A stretch of 64,000 nucleotides of DNA from Obrimoposthia wandeli (taxonomy: Eukaryota), in assembly GCA_977020255.1 (NCBI GenBank), contig CDROCS010000998.1, forward strand, positions 1-64,000, in the 5' to 3' direction. Below the pieces are notes generated by a model that was not told the origin of the DNA, searched no databases, and saw nothing but the letters and a program-made list of their open reading frames with translations. Of this stretch, positions 51,626-60,252 are shown in pieces; position 1 is the first letter of the stretch, and each line of letters opens with the position of its first letter. Position numbers and translations under genes: made by a program.

Positions 51626-51668
51626 TGCTGCGATACTCCTAATAATGAATGTTGTATGCCAGCAACGG

Positions 51669-52091
51669 CTATGCGCTGATGATTTCTAGCTGCCATTCCT
51701 TGCCACCTAAAAAGGTCATCATTTTGTTGAATGCCTCGGTCGAGTTCATTACTGCCCACTCACCATAACTGACGCCAAAGTGTGTGCCTGGTGCGAGGCA
51801 GCCTTGCAGTTCATTGGCTCGGTTGGCTTTGTGGAATAAACAGTGAATACGTAGGCTTGGCCCATAACGGGTGACACCTAACGTCGGTGCTTCGAGCGCA
51901 TAGCAGGTGCCAAATTTAGGGCTTTGATGCGGGATGAGTTTGTAATTACCTTTGGGCACGCAAGAGATGCTGGGCTTGTTGTTATCCCATTCACGCTCGA
52001 CGATGCAGCACAGCTGTTCGCCATTTTGGGTATGGAGTGTTGAGTAAGTACCGTGATCGAAGTGGCGACGTTTTAGGGTGAGGGTGTTCAT
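51669..52091 (-). CDS. DUF5675-family putative endolysin
   Basis: W..N....SC.P.G.Y, H.AN...LQGC..PG motifs. Confidence 0.8.
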   Translation of the reverse strand: MNTLTLKRRHFDHGTYSTLHTQNGEQLCCIVEREWDNNKPSISCVPKGNYKLIPHQSPKFGTCYALEAPTLGVTRYGPSLRIHCLFHKANRANELQGCLAPGTHFGVSYGEWAVMNSTEAFNKMMTFLGGKEWQLEIISA

Positions 52092-52094
52092 TAG

Positions 52095-52169
52095 CCATCC
52101 CTGTAAAATATGTGATTACAGGGATGGTATGGGAGGCGCGGGGTTTACTGGGTTGGAAGGGGTTCGGGA
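52095..52169 (-). promoter_or_regulatory. Putative late (lysis) promoter and RBS-sequestering hairpin
   Basis: Perfect 12-bp inverted repeat at 52095-52106 / 52116-52127 directly upstream of the ATG; TCCCGAACCCCTTCCA at 52154-52169. Confidence 0.55.
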
Positions 52170-52307
52170 TTAATATGGCGTGGCAAATTACATCAAAGAA
52201 GCATCTGCGTTATTATCACACGCTCTCAGATGATTTATTAGAACTCAGAAACTGTAATAAAACATGCTCCTCGTCTCTTCATTGCGAGAAAGACAAGGAG
52301 CAAGCAA

Positions 52308-53150
52308 TTACTTGACGAACTTAAGAAGGTCAGAAAAACTTTTCGCTATAAAACACGGTTTCGTGTCATTCAAAGCAAGTTTTAACTCTTCTTCTCTCTT
52401 CACATCTTCATCAGTCCAGTGAGTTATTGAAACCAGTAACTTCCAAAAATCGGGATTATGCTGCTTACCATACTCAGCCCAAACAGAAGTAACTCCAGCA
52501 GTATTTGCCATGGCAATGTCTTTTACAATCGAATCACCAATGTAAACCGCATCGCTCATATGAACACCTTCCTTTTCACAAATCTGTTTCAACAAATGAG
52601 GATTAGGTTTTCGATCACTTTCATCAAGAAGTTGAAGGTATTCACCTTGTTCATTTAACCAATTGAGGGATCTTTCATCTAGCTCATGATGAAACCTGTC
52701 CCTTGGTGCGTATAAATGTGTAAAGAAGTCTTTAAGCCCCAACTTTTCAAGCCTGTAAAGAGCATTTCTAACTGGCGCTTCCGTATGCGCTACTAACTTA
52801 ACATCTTTAGATTTCAGAGCGTTCAAAGTATCAATAACACCGTCATAACACTTTAAACTATCTAAACGGGCTCTATTAAATGCATGAAACGCTGAATCAA
52901 TTTTTCCCTTGATCAATTCATCACTAGACGTTTCAAAATATTCAATTAAAGATGGAAGCTCCAATACCGCCCAAGGATGTTCAGCATTACCATGCTTCTG
53001 ATGAACGGACTTAAAATCTGCTAATAATTTATCACGAGAAATTCCCGTGATACATATCAGTTCTTCCAGCATTGCAGTGAAGGAAATTGAGTAATAACTG
53101 ATCCAATCGTATAGCGTATTGTCTAAGTCTGTAATTATTAATTTCTTCAT
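52308..53150 (-). CDS. HAD-superfamily phosphatase
   Basis: TDLDNTLYD (DxDxT), RKPNP, IGDSIVKD. Confidence 0.88.
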   Translation of the reverse strand: MKKLIITDLDNTLYDWISYYSISFTAMLEELICITGISRDKLLADFKSVHQKHGNAEHPWAVLELPSLIEYFETSSDELIKGKIDSAFHAFNRARLDSLKCYDGVIDTLNALKSKDVKLVAHTEAPVRNALYRLEKLGLKDFFTHLYAPRDRFHHELDERSLNWLNEQGEYLQLLDESDRKPNPHLLKQICEKEGVHMSDAVYIGDSIVKDIAMANTAGVTSVWAEYGKQHNPDFWKLLVSITHWTDEDVKREEELKLALNDTKPCFIAKSFSDLLKFVK

Positions 53151-53152
53151 AA

Positions 53153-54796
53153 TCAATCCAGTATAAACTCAATGGGTTCTGCCATTTTTATCCAGCTGTT
53201 ATTCTTAATTTCATGGAATTGGATTTTAATATACTCACCCGTAAAATCTAATTCTGCCATTTGATTAGGATGTCCCTCTACTCGATGACCATCACTAACA
53301 CCTGTACTACCAAGCCCTACAATCCAAATGGATTTCATCTCATTATCCACGGCTTGACTCAACTTCATTACACTTCTTTCATGGGTATGCCCATGAAGTA
53401 CAGCATCCACTTTATTTTTAATGCACCAATCAATAGTAGCTTGAGCATCATAAACAACGCTTCCCTGCATTCCATACGTTGGCTTTCTAGCATACTCAAC
53501 AGGAATAAGATTATGGTGCAAAACTACAATCCGGATTGCACCAAAAGCTTTTTCTTTTGACCAACCAAGCCTCTTCCGAGCATCATTTCTTTGATCTTGC
53601 CCGATAAAACCTTGCCCCTGGAATAGATACTTATACTGTTCTACAGTGTTCGTATTTAAGAAGCAAATATCGACTGGACGCTGATTATTAATCAGATATT
53701 TTCGCCCCATTGAAAGATATTCATTAGCTTTTGCTGATGTAATTGCTTTAAAATGGTTTTCGTAAGCACTTTTGTTGATTTGACTTGTTTCAGCCATCTT
53801 AATAGATAGCTTATCTTCCGGTGTTAAATCAACGCCCTTCTTTCCTTGCTGAATCGAATGCAATTTATCAATCGCAGTTAAAAGATCTTGAGGTAATTCC
53901 TCAGAAAACATAACATCATGATTTCCAGGGCAGAATCCAATTTTAGACTTATCAAGCCCAACCTTTGAGCCTAGAAACGAGTAAAAGTCTTCAACTTGCT
54001 TGAATTCACTAGTACTACTTTTCCATGTCATATCACCGGAAACGATCAAGGACTGAAGTTCACCTTCAAACTTTTCAGCGACAAGCTCTTTCAACTGCGT
54101 TGCGGTTTTTTTATCATTAAATTGATGGAAATCTTCCACATCCGAAAAGTGTAGATCTGTAACCCAATGAATTTTTGAACCACTCAATTTAGTATAGTTT
54201 GATGAAAAATCCTCCGGAGTAGCTACATTCGCATTAATGAGCAAGATTTCTTTAGTTGATTGTCCTTTTTCATACTCTTTCACGAACCAAACAGTTCTAT
54301 CCTGATGCTGTAACTCATCCAAGCTGGATACTTGCTTATTACGGAAATCTTCAAAAAATTCCGTCTTGTCTGCAAACAGACCAAAGTCACTATCACAGTA
54401 GCTAAACTGATGTAACTCAGCTTCAACATCAGCGCCATCAACTTTATTAATATCCTTAAATCTGAACCACGTTTTAAAACCACGTGACTCTCTGTAATAT
54501 TCAGGACATGCATCTGGTGTTGGGCATGCTTCTCCAGCTTCCCCTCTGGCGATAAATGTATCTAAAAGCTCAGCTTTGTATAATTGTTTTGTCCCTGTAT
54601 CGAAAAGATAGACAAATTCAAATTCGACTTCTTTTTCAAGCATTTTACGGAAAATACTTGGAATTCTTTCATGAGGTTTCGCCCACCAGCCCCAATAAAC
54701 ATATTCTTGTAATTGACTAATCTCTTGATGTTTTTTTATTGTGTCTCCCTCAGGGGTGACCAAATCTCTAAATCGTAAAATGATTGCTTTTGCCAT
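53153..54796 (-). CDS. Calcineurin-like metallophosphoesterase with ~210-aa N-terminal domain
   Basis: TDLHF, SGDM, PGNHD, LHHN, HGHTH: all five metal-binding motifs. Confidence 0.88.
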   Translation of the reverse strand: MAKAIILRFRDLVTPEGDTIKKHQEISQLQEYVYWGWWAKPHERIPSIFRKMLEKEVEFEFVYLFDTGTKQLYKAELLDTFIARGEAGEACPTPDACPEYYRESRGFKTWFRFKDINKVDGADVEAELHQFSYCDSDFGLFADKTEFFEDFRNKQVSSLDELQHQDRTVWFVKEYEKGQSTKEILLINANVATPEDFSSNYTKLSGSKIHWVTDLHFSDVEDFHQFNDKKTATQLKELVAEKFEGELQSLIVSGDMTWKSSTSEFKQVEDFYSFLGSKVGLDKSKIGFCPGNHDVMFSEELPQDLLTAIDKLHSIQQGKKGVDLTPEDKLSIKMAETSQINKSAYENHFKAITSAKANEYLSMGRKYLINNQRPVDICFLNTNTVEQYKYLFQGQGFIGQDQRNDARKRLGWSKEKAFGAIRIVVLHHNLIPVEYARKPTYGMQGSVVYDAQATIDWCIKNKVDAVLHGHTHERSVMKLSQAVDNEMKSIWIVGLGSTGVSDGHRVEGHPNQMAELDFTGEYIKIQFHEIKNNSWIKMAEPIEFILD

Positions 54797-54948
54797 AATC
54801 CAGAACCTACCGTTATTGTTTTGACGGAATTCTAGCAAGTCTTATTTTTTATGTCTTTGAATATATTAAATATACATTTCACATAAGAATTACAGCATTG
54901 TGATAAAGTTCTCATTCAAGCTCGTATTTATAAAGTAGTACTAATTAT

Positions 54949-55368
54949 CTAAAATAACGCTCTCTGCCTACGCTGAACTTCTGCCAAGCGCTGACCTCGC
55001 ACTATTTGAGTTACCTGCCGCTCGGTCAGTTTATGCCGAGCGGCAAGCTGTTCAATGTTACGGCCATTAAATTCACGCCAAATGTCGATATTACGAAGAG
55101 CGGATTTCAGCTTAGAACCATTGGGGATGTAGATATCACGCCCACCGAAGTAATGGCCTAGGGCAATGGTGAGTTTATCGGCTAGGTGGGGCTCATCAAC
55201 CTTGGCACGTTTCAGCTCACTATTTAGCACTTCACTCAATGACTGCAAGGTGGAAGGCCAACGCTTGCGCACGTTGTCGTCAGAAATTTCAGTAACACTA
55301 TCTAGCAACAACTCAAGTTCTGAGGTTTCCGTTTTGAAAATCTCATGCTGCTGTTCCATTGCTGTCAC
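54949..55368 (-). CDS. Mor/C-family transcription activator
   Basis: HYFGGRDIYIP...RNIDIWREFNGRN..QLA..HKLTERQV.QIV. Confidence 0.9.
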   Translation of the reverse strand: MTAMEQQHEIFKTETSELELLLDSVTEISDDNVRKRWPSTLQSLSEVLNSELKRAKVDEPHLADKLTIALGHYFGGRDIYIPNGSKLKSALRNIDIWREFNGRNIEQLAARHKLTERQVTQIVRGQRLAEVQRRQRALF

Positions 55369-55445
55369 CCTGAATTAATTTCGATCTCTCTATTTAGCTA
55401 TACGATTGTTCTTCTGGTCAATACAAGGCTTCCGGGCGGGGATAA

Positions 55446-55469
55446 AAAAACGCCTTAAACGGCGTTTTT
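55446..55469. terminator. Bidirectional terminator-like hairpin upstream of mor
   Basis: AAAAACGCC-TTAAAC-GGCGTTTTT. Confidence 0.55.
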
Positions 55470-55650
55470 CTTCCTCTAGGTCATTCCCCTAGCACTCATC
55501 CATAAACTGTTCTGATTCTCCGTAACCATCAGATGAGAGCGAATAGCTGTCGTAACTTGTTCACTCATCATCTAAAGAAAAGCCCACAAAGAAATGAACG
55601 GGGAAATCCCGTAAAAACTGCCGTTCGTTACGGATCACCTTGATTATTTT

Positions 55651-56694
55651 TTACGAGTGTTCTTCTTTATTTGTTAATAACTTTGTTCTGCTATGCTCCA
55701 GCAACTTGTCTTTAAATAAATCACCAACATCGTGTACTTGATCATTAATCTCAATTGTTGGCTGATCACCTAACAACAAGTCAAGTTGGCGTGCTATTTT
55801 CTTCGTTGCAGAGTTTAACTGGTCGTTAATTTCGGTAGTGTTATAACCATTTTTTTCAAGCTGCTCTGAGATTTTCAAGAGATCATTTACCGCAGTAACA
55901 GAGCTTGGTAATTGTTTCAACTGTCCCGTTTCAGTAAAGCTCTCAAGATAATAAGCAGATGCTGAGTTGAGGATCGTCGTCAACACTGTTGCTGTCAAAG
56001 CATGCCCAGCAACCTTAACCCATAAGCTACCATTTTCGATATGCTCAATAACTATTGGATTATCCGTTATTGATACATCAAACAAATGGCATATTTCAAG
56101 GTATATGGCATCAATCGCTTCTAATTTCAGACCAAAAGCCTTCAGAGTGCTTACGTTAGATAAATAGAGCTCTAATTGAGTCAATTCACCACTATCAGCT
56201 TTGCTCTCAGCATTTGAAAGCAGTAAGTCGATTGAGAAAACTAGGTTTTCTACATTGCTTGCAAGATTTTCCGAAGCAAATGACAATCGATATAGCATCT
56301 CTGGTTGGAAGTTAGTACGGTAATTTTCATATACGTCTAAGAAAGCCTCTAAATTTACCAAAAATTTATTCAAGATAACGTATATCGTTTGATTAGCATC
56401 TATCTGATTTAAAAACTCTCTAATAGAATCTTCGATTTCATAACAGTTAACAATTAGCTTACGGTAAGTGACCTTGCTTTTTTCCTTAGCAATAGCTTGA
56501 GTAACTATATTTGTTATTTGGTTACGTTGAATTTGTCCATTCTGGGTCTCACCAAACGTCTGGTAGCTAATTGATTGAACAGCCTTTGCTGTAGCACTCA
56601 GATCTGCACATATACCTAAAAGACTATTAAACCTTTCTCCCTGCAACTCTTTCTTCAAACTCTTAAGGGATCTATAAAACGCTCTCTTATTCAC
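55651..56694 (-). CDS. Hypothetical AT-rich cargo protein (347 aa)
   Basis: GTG start with GAGGT RBS; no family recognised. Confidence 0.7.
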   Translation of the reverse strand: MNKRAFYRSLKSLKKELQGERFNSLLGICADLSATAKAVQSISYQTFGETQNGQIQRNQITNIVTQAIAKEKSKVTYRKLIVNCYEIEDSIREFLNQIDANQTIYVILNKFLVNLEAFLDVYENYRTNFQPEMLYRLSFASENLASNVENLVFSIDLLLSNAESKADSGELTQLELYLSNVSTLKAFGLKLEAIDAIYLEICHLFDVSITDNPIVIEHIENGSLWVKVAGHALTATVLTTILNSASAYYLESFTETGQLKQLPSSVTAVNDLLKISEQLEKNGYNTTEINDQLNSATKKIARQLDLLLGDQPTIEINDQVHDVGDLFKDKLLEHSRTKLLTNKEEHS

Positions 56695-57107
56695 GAATAC
56701 CTCTTTTTATTTCGATCCGATACTTTATATTAAACGATCTAAGATCGTATACCTCCCTATGTTACCAGACACTTACAGGTAAAAATCACAAAAACCGTCC
56801 AAACATTCTTTAGGTACGCTAAGTGCCCAATTAGGTACCAAAAATAGCTTTTCCAGCCCCTCATAAGCTCGTTAAGTCCATTAATCGATCTAACCCACGC
56901 TGATATAACCCTAAACACGATTGAAAGTTTGTGACGATTTCTGGGCAACTTACATTCATTGAACAGGCAAAAACAATTTAAGTGAAAAATGTTCTGAAGT
57001 GCGCGTTTTGTCACCTTTACTGTTTGCTAAATAACCGCCCGAAAGCGGTTTATCATTAATCCACATACTGCTGCGAATGTTGCGCCTCTGACGCGATGGC
57101 TAATGAT

Positions 57108-57671
57108 TCACTCATCCTTCACCGCCTTCTGTTGCACCATCATAAATTGATACCCTTCGACCACGGCTTTATATCCGGCGAGCCCTGTACCGTTTCGATT
57201 GAGCGGTACTGCCCACCCTACTTCTTTCATTCGGTCGGCAAGTTCTCGCTTATGCCAGTTTTTGAGTGATTCCAATACGGTGTACGCCTGCTTGGCATCA
57301 CACCAGCCAATATGTTCAACACCTTCGCCTTTGTTCCTATTGGTTATACGGCGAACGTAAGCATCCAGTGCCGATTCACTGCGATCACGCACAATGTCGT
57401 GCTGGGCCATGGTGATCCAGATAGCGCGGGTTTTGTCGATTTCTGTATGCTTGGCTTTGCCTGCTTTGGGGCTTAAACGTCGTTTAACTGCACGTTTAAA
57501 GCCTTGAATTTCCATTACTGCCAGCACGAGTTCTAGCTGTTTGATGTTCATTTTGCTACAGCTGGAATGCTCACCATTGGCAAACAGTAAAGCGCGGTAC
57601 GTATCGTCATCTAGTGCTAGCTCTCGCTTGCCGACATGAATCAGTTGTATTAGGCGATTTCGATTTTCCAT
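57108..57671 (-). CDS. Mu gp16/GemA-like protein (DUF1018)
   Basis: LIQLIHVGKRELALDDDTYR, ALDAYVRR, LESLKNW. Confidence 0.9.
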   Translation of the reverse strand: MENRNRLIQLIHVGKRELALDDDTYRALLFANGEHSSCSKMNIKQLELVLAVMEIQGFKRAVKRRLSPKAGKAKHTEIDKTRAIWITMAQHDIVRDRSESALDAYVRRITNRNKGEGVEHIGWCDAKQAYTVLESLKNWHKRELADRMKEVGWAVPLNRNGTGLAGYKAVVEGYQFMMVQQKAVKDE

Positions 57672-57748
57672 ATTTAACCCTAAATTCAGTGTGTACGAAG
57701 CCCCACGCGGGGGCGTGTAATTTCTGAAACTTTATTTATTCATCGATT

Positions 57749-57826
57749 TAGCTGCTCATCAGTACCCAGCCGCTACGCTGGATAGACATCACCCTTTTTA
57801 CTGCTTTAACAAGGGCGATGTTTCGC
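57749..57826 (-). ncRNA. Type II hammerhead ribozyme
   Basis: GC-GAAA-stem III (10 bp)-GUC-stem I (8 bp)-CUGAUGA-GC; loop I UAGC can pair with 3' tail GCUA. Confidence 0.85.
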
Positions 57827-57847
57827 TCATTTACTTCATTGCGCTTT

Positions 57848-58492
57848 CTACAATGCCGCTAAGTCCAACGGGATATTAATCAACTTGCCTTCACTGGTAC
57901 GCTCTCGGAAATTCAGGTACGTTTTTGAACCTGTGATCATAATGGCATCGGCGATTGCTTCCATGGCATTCATCCAACGCTGGTCGATGATTTTATCTTT
58001 GTGCTTTCGCAATGAGAGGATGCGTGCGGTGTTGAGGTTACCCTCGCGATCTACTTCAAAGGCGTCGTTCACCAGTACTTTAAGGTAGTCGTTGGCGTTT
58101 GAACTCCAGTCTTGCACGCATTCGTCTATTAGCTCTTTGGCTATCTGAAGCTCGGGGCCAAAGGTAATGCGGTCTTGCACGGTAATTTTGATTTGTTGCT
58201 TGCCGTCGTAAGCGGTGAAGGAGAAACCGCCTTTCGCGCCGCCTTTCTTTTTCTTGCTTTCGTACTTCTCGGCCAGCAACTCTTGAAAGGCATTACAATC
58301 ATCAAAGACGTCACGCTTGAACTGCCTCAGTACTGTTTGGATTTCTCGTGCTTTAGCCGTGTGTTTAATCACGAAATCATTTATTTCCATGTCATAGTCA
58401 TCAACCATTGTGATTGGCACCATGCGCTGTTTGCTGTCAAACATGTAGCCTTCTGGTGCTGCCGCCGTTGGTTGTACTTCTGGGGTATTCAT
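57848..58492 (-). CDS. DUF3164-family protein
   Basis: GGAKGGFSFTAYDG, I.FGPELQIAK.LIDEC, AF.VD.EG.LN, I.D.RW..AM.AI. Confidence 0.88.
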   Translation of the reverse strand: MNTPEVQPTAAAPEGYMFDSKQRMVPITMVDDYDMEINDFVIKHTAKAREIQTVLRQFKRDVFDDCNAFQELLAEKYESKKKKGGAKGGFSFTAYDGKQQIKITVQDRITFGPELQIAKELIDECVQDWSSNANDYLKVLVNDAFEVDREGNLNTARILSLRKHKDKIIDQRWMNAMEAIADAIMITGSKTYLNFRERTSEGKLINIPLDLAAL

Positions 58493-58506
58493 TCAGTCAT
58501 TCCTTT

Positions 58507-58995
58507 TTAAACTGGGTTGTTGCTTTGTATAGAGCCGATGGTTTGACCCCGTAATAGACGATGGAATGCTCGGGCACTGGCATCATCTTTTGCATATTGA
58601 GCTGAGCGTGTATTGGCTCGGTACTTCTTCTTATTTGCCGTCTTTACCTTTGGCTTTTTAATCTTTTGCGTTCCACCTTCGAGCCAGTGCATGTTCTGAC
58701 AGTAATTACAGACATCGTTGGTTACCGTCCAACAAAGACGAGGCCTGTTACAGCTCTTGCACTCCACTAAAAGACCCTTTTCTTCAATAAGGCGATAAAC
58801 CCGGCAGGCTTCATTACCTCGCCTAACAAAACCTTGATCTGTTAGGTGTTTCAGTTGATAAAGAATGGCTCTGGACGTTACTTCATCAATCACTATTGAG
58901 AGCTGAGGCCGTGTTAATGGTCGTTCTTTCAGCTGCTCAACAATCCTCTCTGCTAATGTCATCGCTATGCCCTCCAGGTGACTAGGCAACCACAC
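58507..58995 (-). CDS. Hypothetical winged-helix / Zn-ribbon protein
   Basis: wHTH-like N-terminus, CKSC...CNYC. Confidence 0.55.
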   Translation of the reverse strand: MWLPSHLEGIAMTLAERIVEQLKERPLTRPQLSIVIDEVTSRAILYQLKHLTDQGFVRRGNEACRVYRLIEEKGLLVECKSCNRPRLCWTVTNDVCNYCQNMHWLEGGTQKIKKPKVKTANKKKYRANTRSAQYAKDDASARAFHRLLRGQTIGSIQSNNPV

Positions 58996-59204
58996 AATGA
59001 CGCCACCCGCATTTGCTGGGTTTGGCCCTGCGCTCGGCAGGTAATATCAAAACCCTGACACATGCCGTTAGGCCGTTCGATTTCAATGACGGGACGGATA
59101 TTGCCAATCCGTGTCGAGCGTACTTCCATGCCATTTAATACCAACCGACGCACGGCTCGGTCGATGCATTTGTTTTTTGCGACAATTCCTTTTTGCCTGA
59201 TCAT
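58965..59204 (-). CDS. Hypothetical phage protein
   Basis: 79-aa ORF coupled to neighbours, ends GC.V.W as in other Mu-like early genes. Confidence 0.55.
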   Translation of the reverse strand: MIRQKGIVAKNKCIDRAVRRLVLNGMEVRSTRIGNIRPVIEIERPNGMCQGFDITCRAQGQTQQMRVASLCGCLVTWRA

Positions 59205-59725
59205 GGTTTGCTTCTCCTTGCGTATTTACTGCTCCATAGCAACTGGTTATATCGGTTTGCCAGCCGTGACAGTTCCTTTTCCAGTAACTCGTTGAGTTTC
59301 AGGGCGTCACCTTGCGCGCTGCGTTTGACATAGGCCAGTTGGCTGTCGATGTTATAGGCTTCTTCATTGGGGCTGACTCGGACGTCGATGCGTTGCGAGT
59401 TTGCCGTGGGCTCTAGTTTTGAGTTAGGACACCCAGAGCGACAGGCTCGGTGCATTTTGACCCGCTCTCGATTAGCCGATGAAAAGGGTTTACCTTGGTG
59501 ATCGAGACATTCATCTAGCCGAATGCGGCCTTTAACCGGACATTGCACTGTGCGGTCCATCAAGCGCCCTTCTACACGGGCCTTTAATGTGTCGGTACTG
59601 CCGGAATAGATGCCTCTTATCACTTGGCTAAGCATGGAGGTGCTCACACCAAGTTCTCGGGCCAGTTTGTTCTGGGTTACCTCTGCTTTGCTTAATTCTG
59701 CCGTTATGGCCTCTAACCAATTCAT
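59201..59725 (-). CDS. XRE-HTH protein with Cys-rich domain
   Basis: LARELGVSTSMLSQV; CPVKG...C..HQ...HRAC...CP. Confidence 0.75.
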   Translation of the reverse strand: MNWLEAITAELSKAEVTQNKLARELGVSTSMLSQVIRGIYSGSTDTLKARVEGRLMDRTVQCPVKGRIRLDECLDHQGKPFSSANRERVKMHRACRSGCPNSKLEPTANSQRIDVRVSPNEEAYNIDSQLAYVKRSAQGDALKLNELLEKELSRLANRYNQLLWSSKYARRSKP

Positions 59726-60243
59726 GGGCGCAGCTCCTTGATAAAGGGATAGATGGCTCCGCTGTTTTGGCAGCGAATGCTTGAGCCCCTGATTTCTGGG
59801 TGACGCGGTCCGAGATCGCAGTTCAGGCGGAAGATGTCTCCGTCTAGCGTTGATTTACGACGTATGATCTTTGCTTTCTCCAAAGCGCGGATAAATTGTC
59901 GAGTCGTTCTCTCTCCTGATTCAGCTGTCGCTTGCAGCTCATATTGACCAAAAGTTTTCATGATCCTCATGCTGTTCCATATCCGCTGCCTGACATTCGG
60001 TTTTCGGCCTTGCCATGATCCCCATGCAGGGATTGGACGCTTGCTGATCACTCGGTATTTCATATGGCTGTACATTTCCATGTCACCTGTTGCTTCAATC
60101 CGTTTTGCGTTCTCGAACTGCCGTATATATCGCTTGGCGGCTTTGGTGGTCATTTCTGTTGCCGCCGCCAGCTTTGGCGCTGTAAAGGTGGTTCGGTGGT
60201 GAAGCTGACAAATATACGTCCATGCCAACTGTCGATTTGTCAT
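59722..60243 (-). CDS. Hypothetical (tandem winged-helix) protein
   Basis: RQRIWNSMRIMKTF, YIRQ/FIRAL repeats. Confidence 0.6.
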   Translation of the reverse strand: MTNRQLAWTYICQLHHRTTFTAPKLAAATEMTTKAAKRYIRQFENAKRIEATGDMEMYSHMKYRVISKRPIPAWGSWQGRKPNVRQRIWNSMRIMKTFGQYELQATAESGERTTRQFIRALEKAKIIRRKSTLDGDIFRLNCDLGPRHPEIRGSSIRCQNSGAIYPFIKELRP

Positions 60244-60252
60244 GTCGAACTC

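Noticed and set aside
55519-55634. Second hammerhead ribozyme
   Set aside because: GAA and CUGAUG flank a stem, but A9 and one core A are missing, there is no NUH triplet next to stem I, and stem III is not adjacent.
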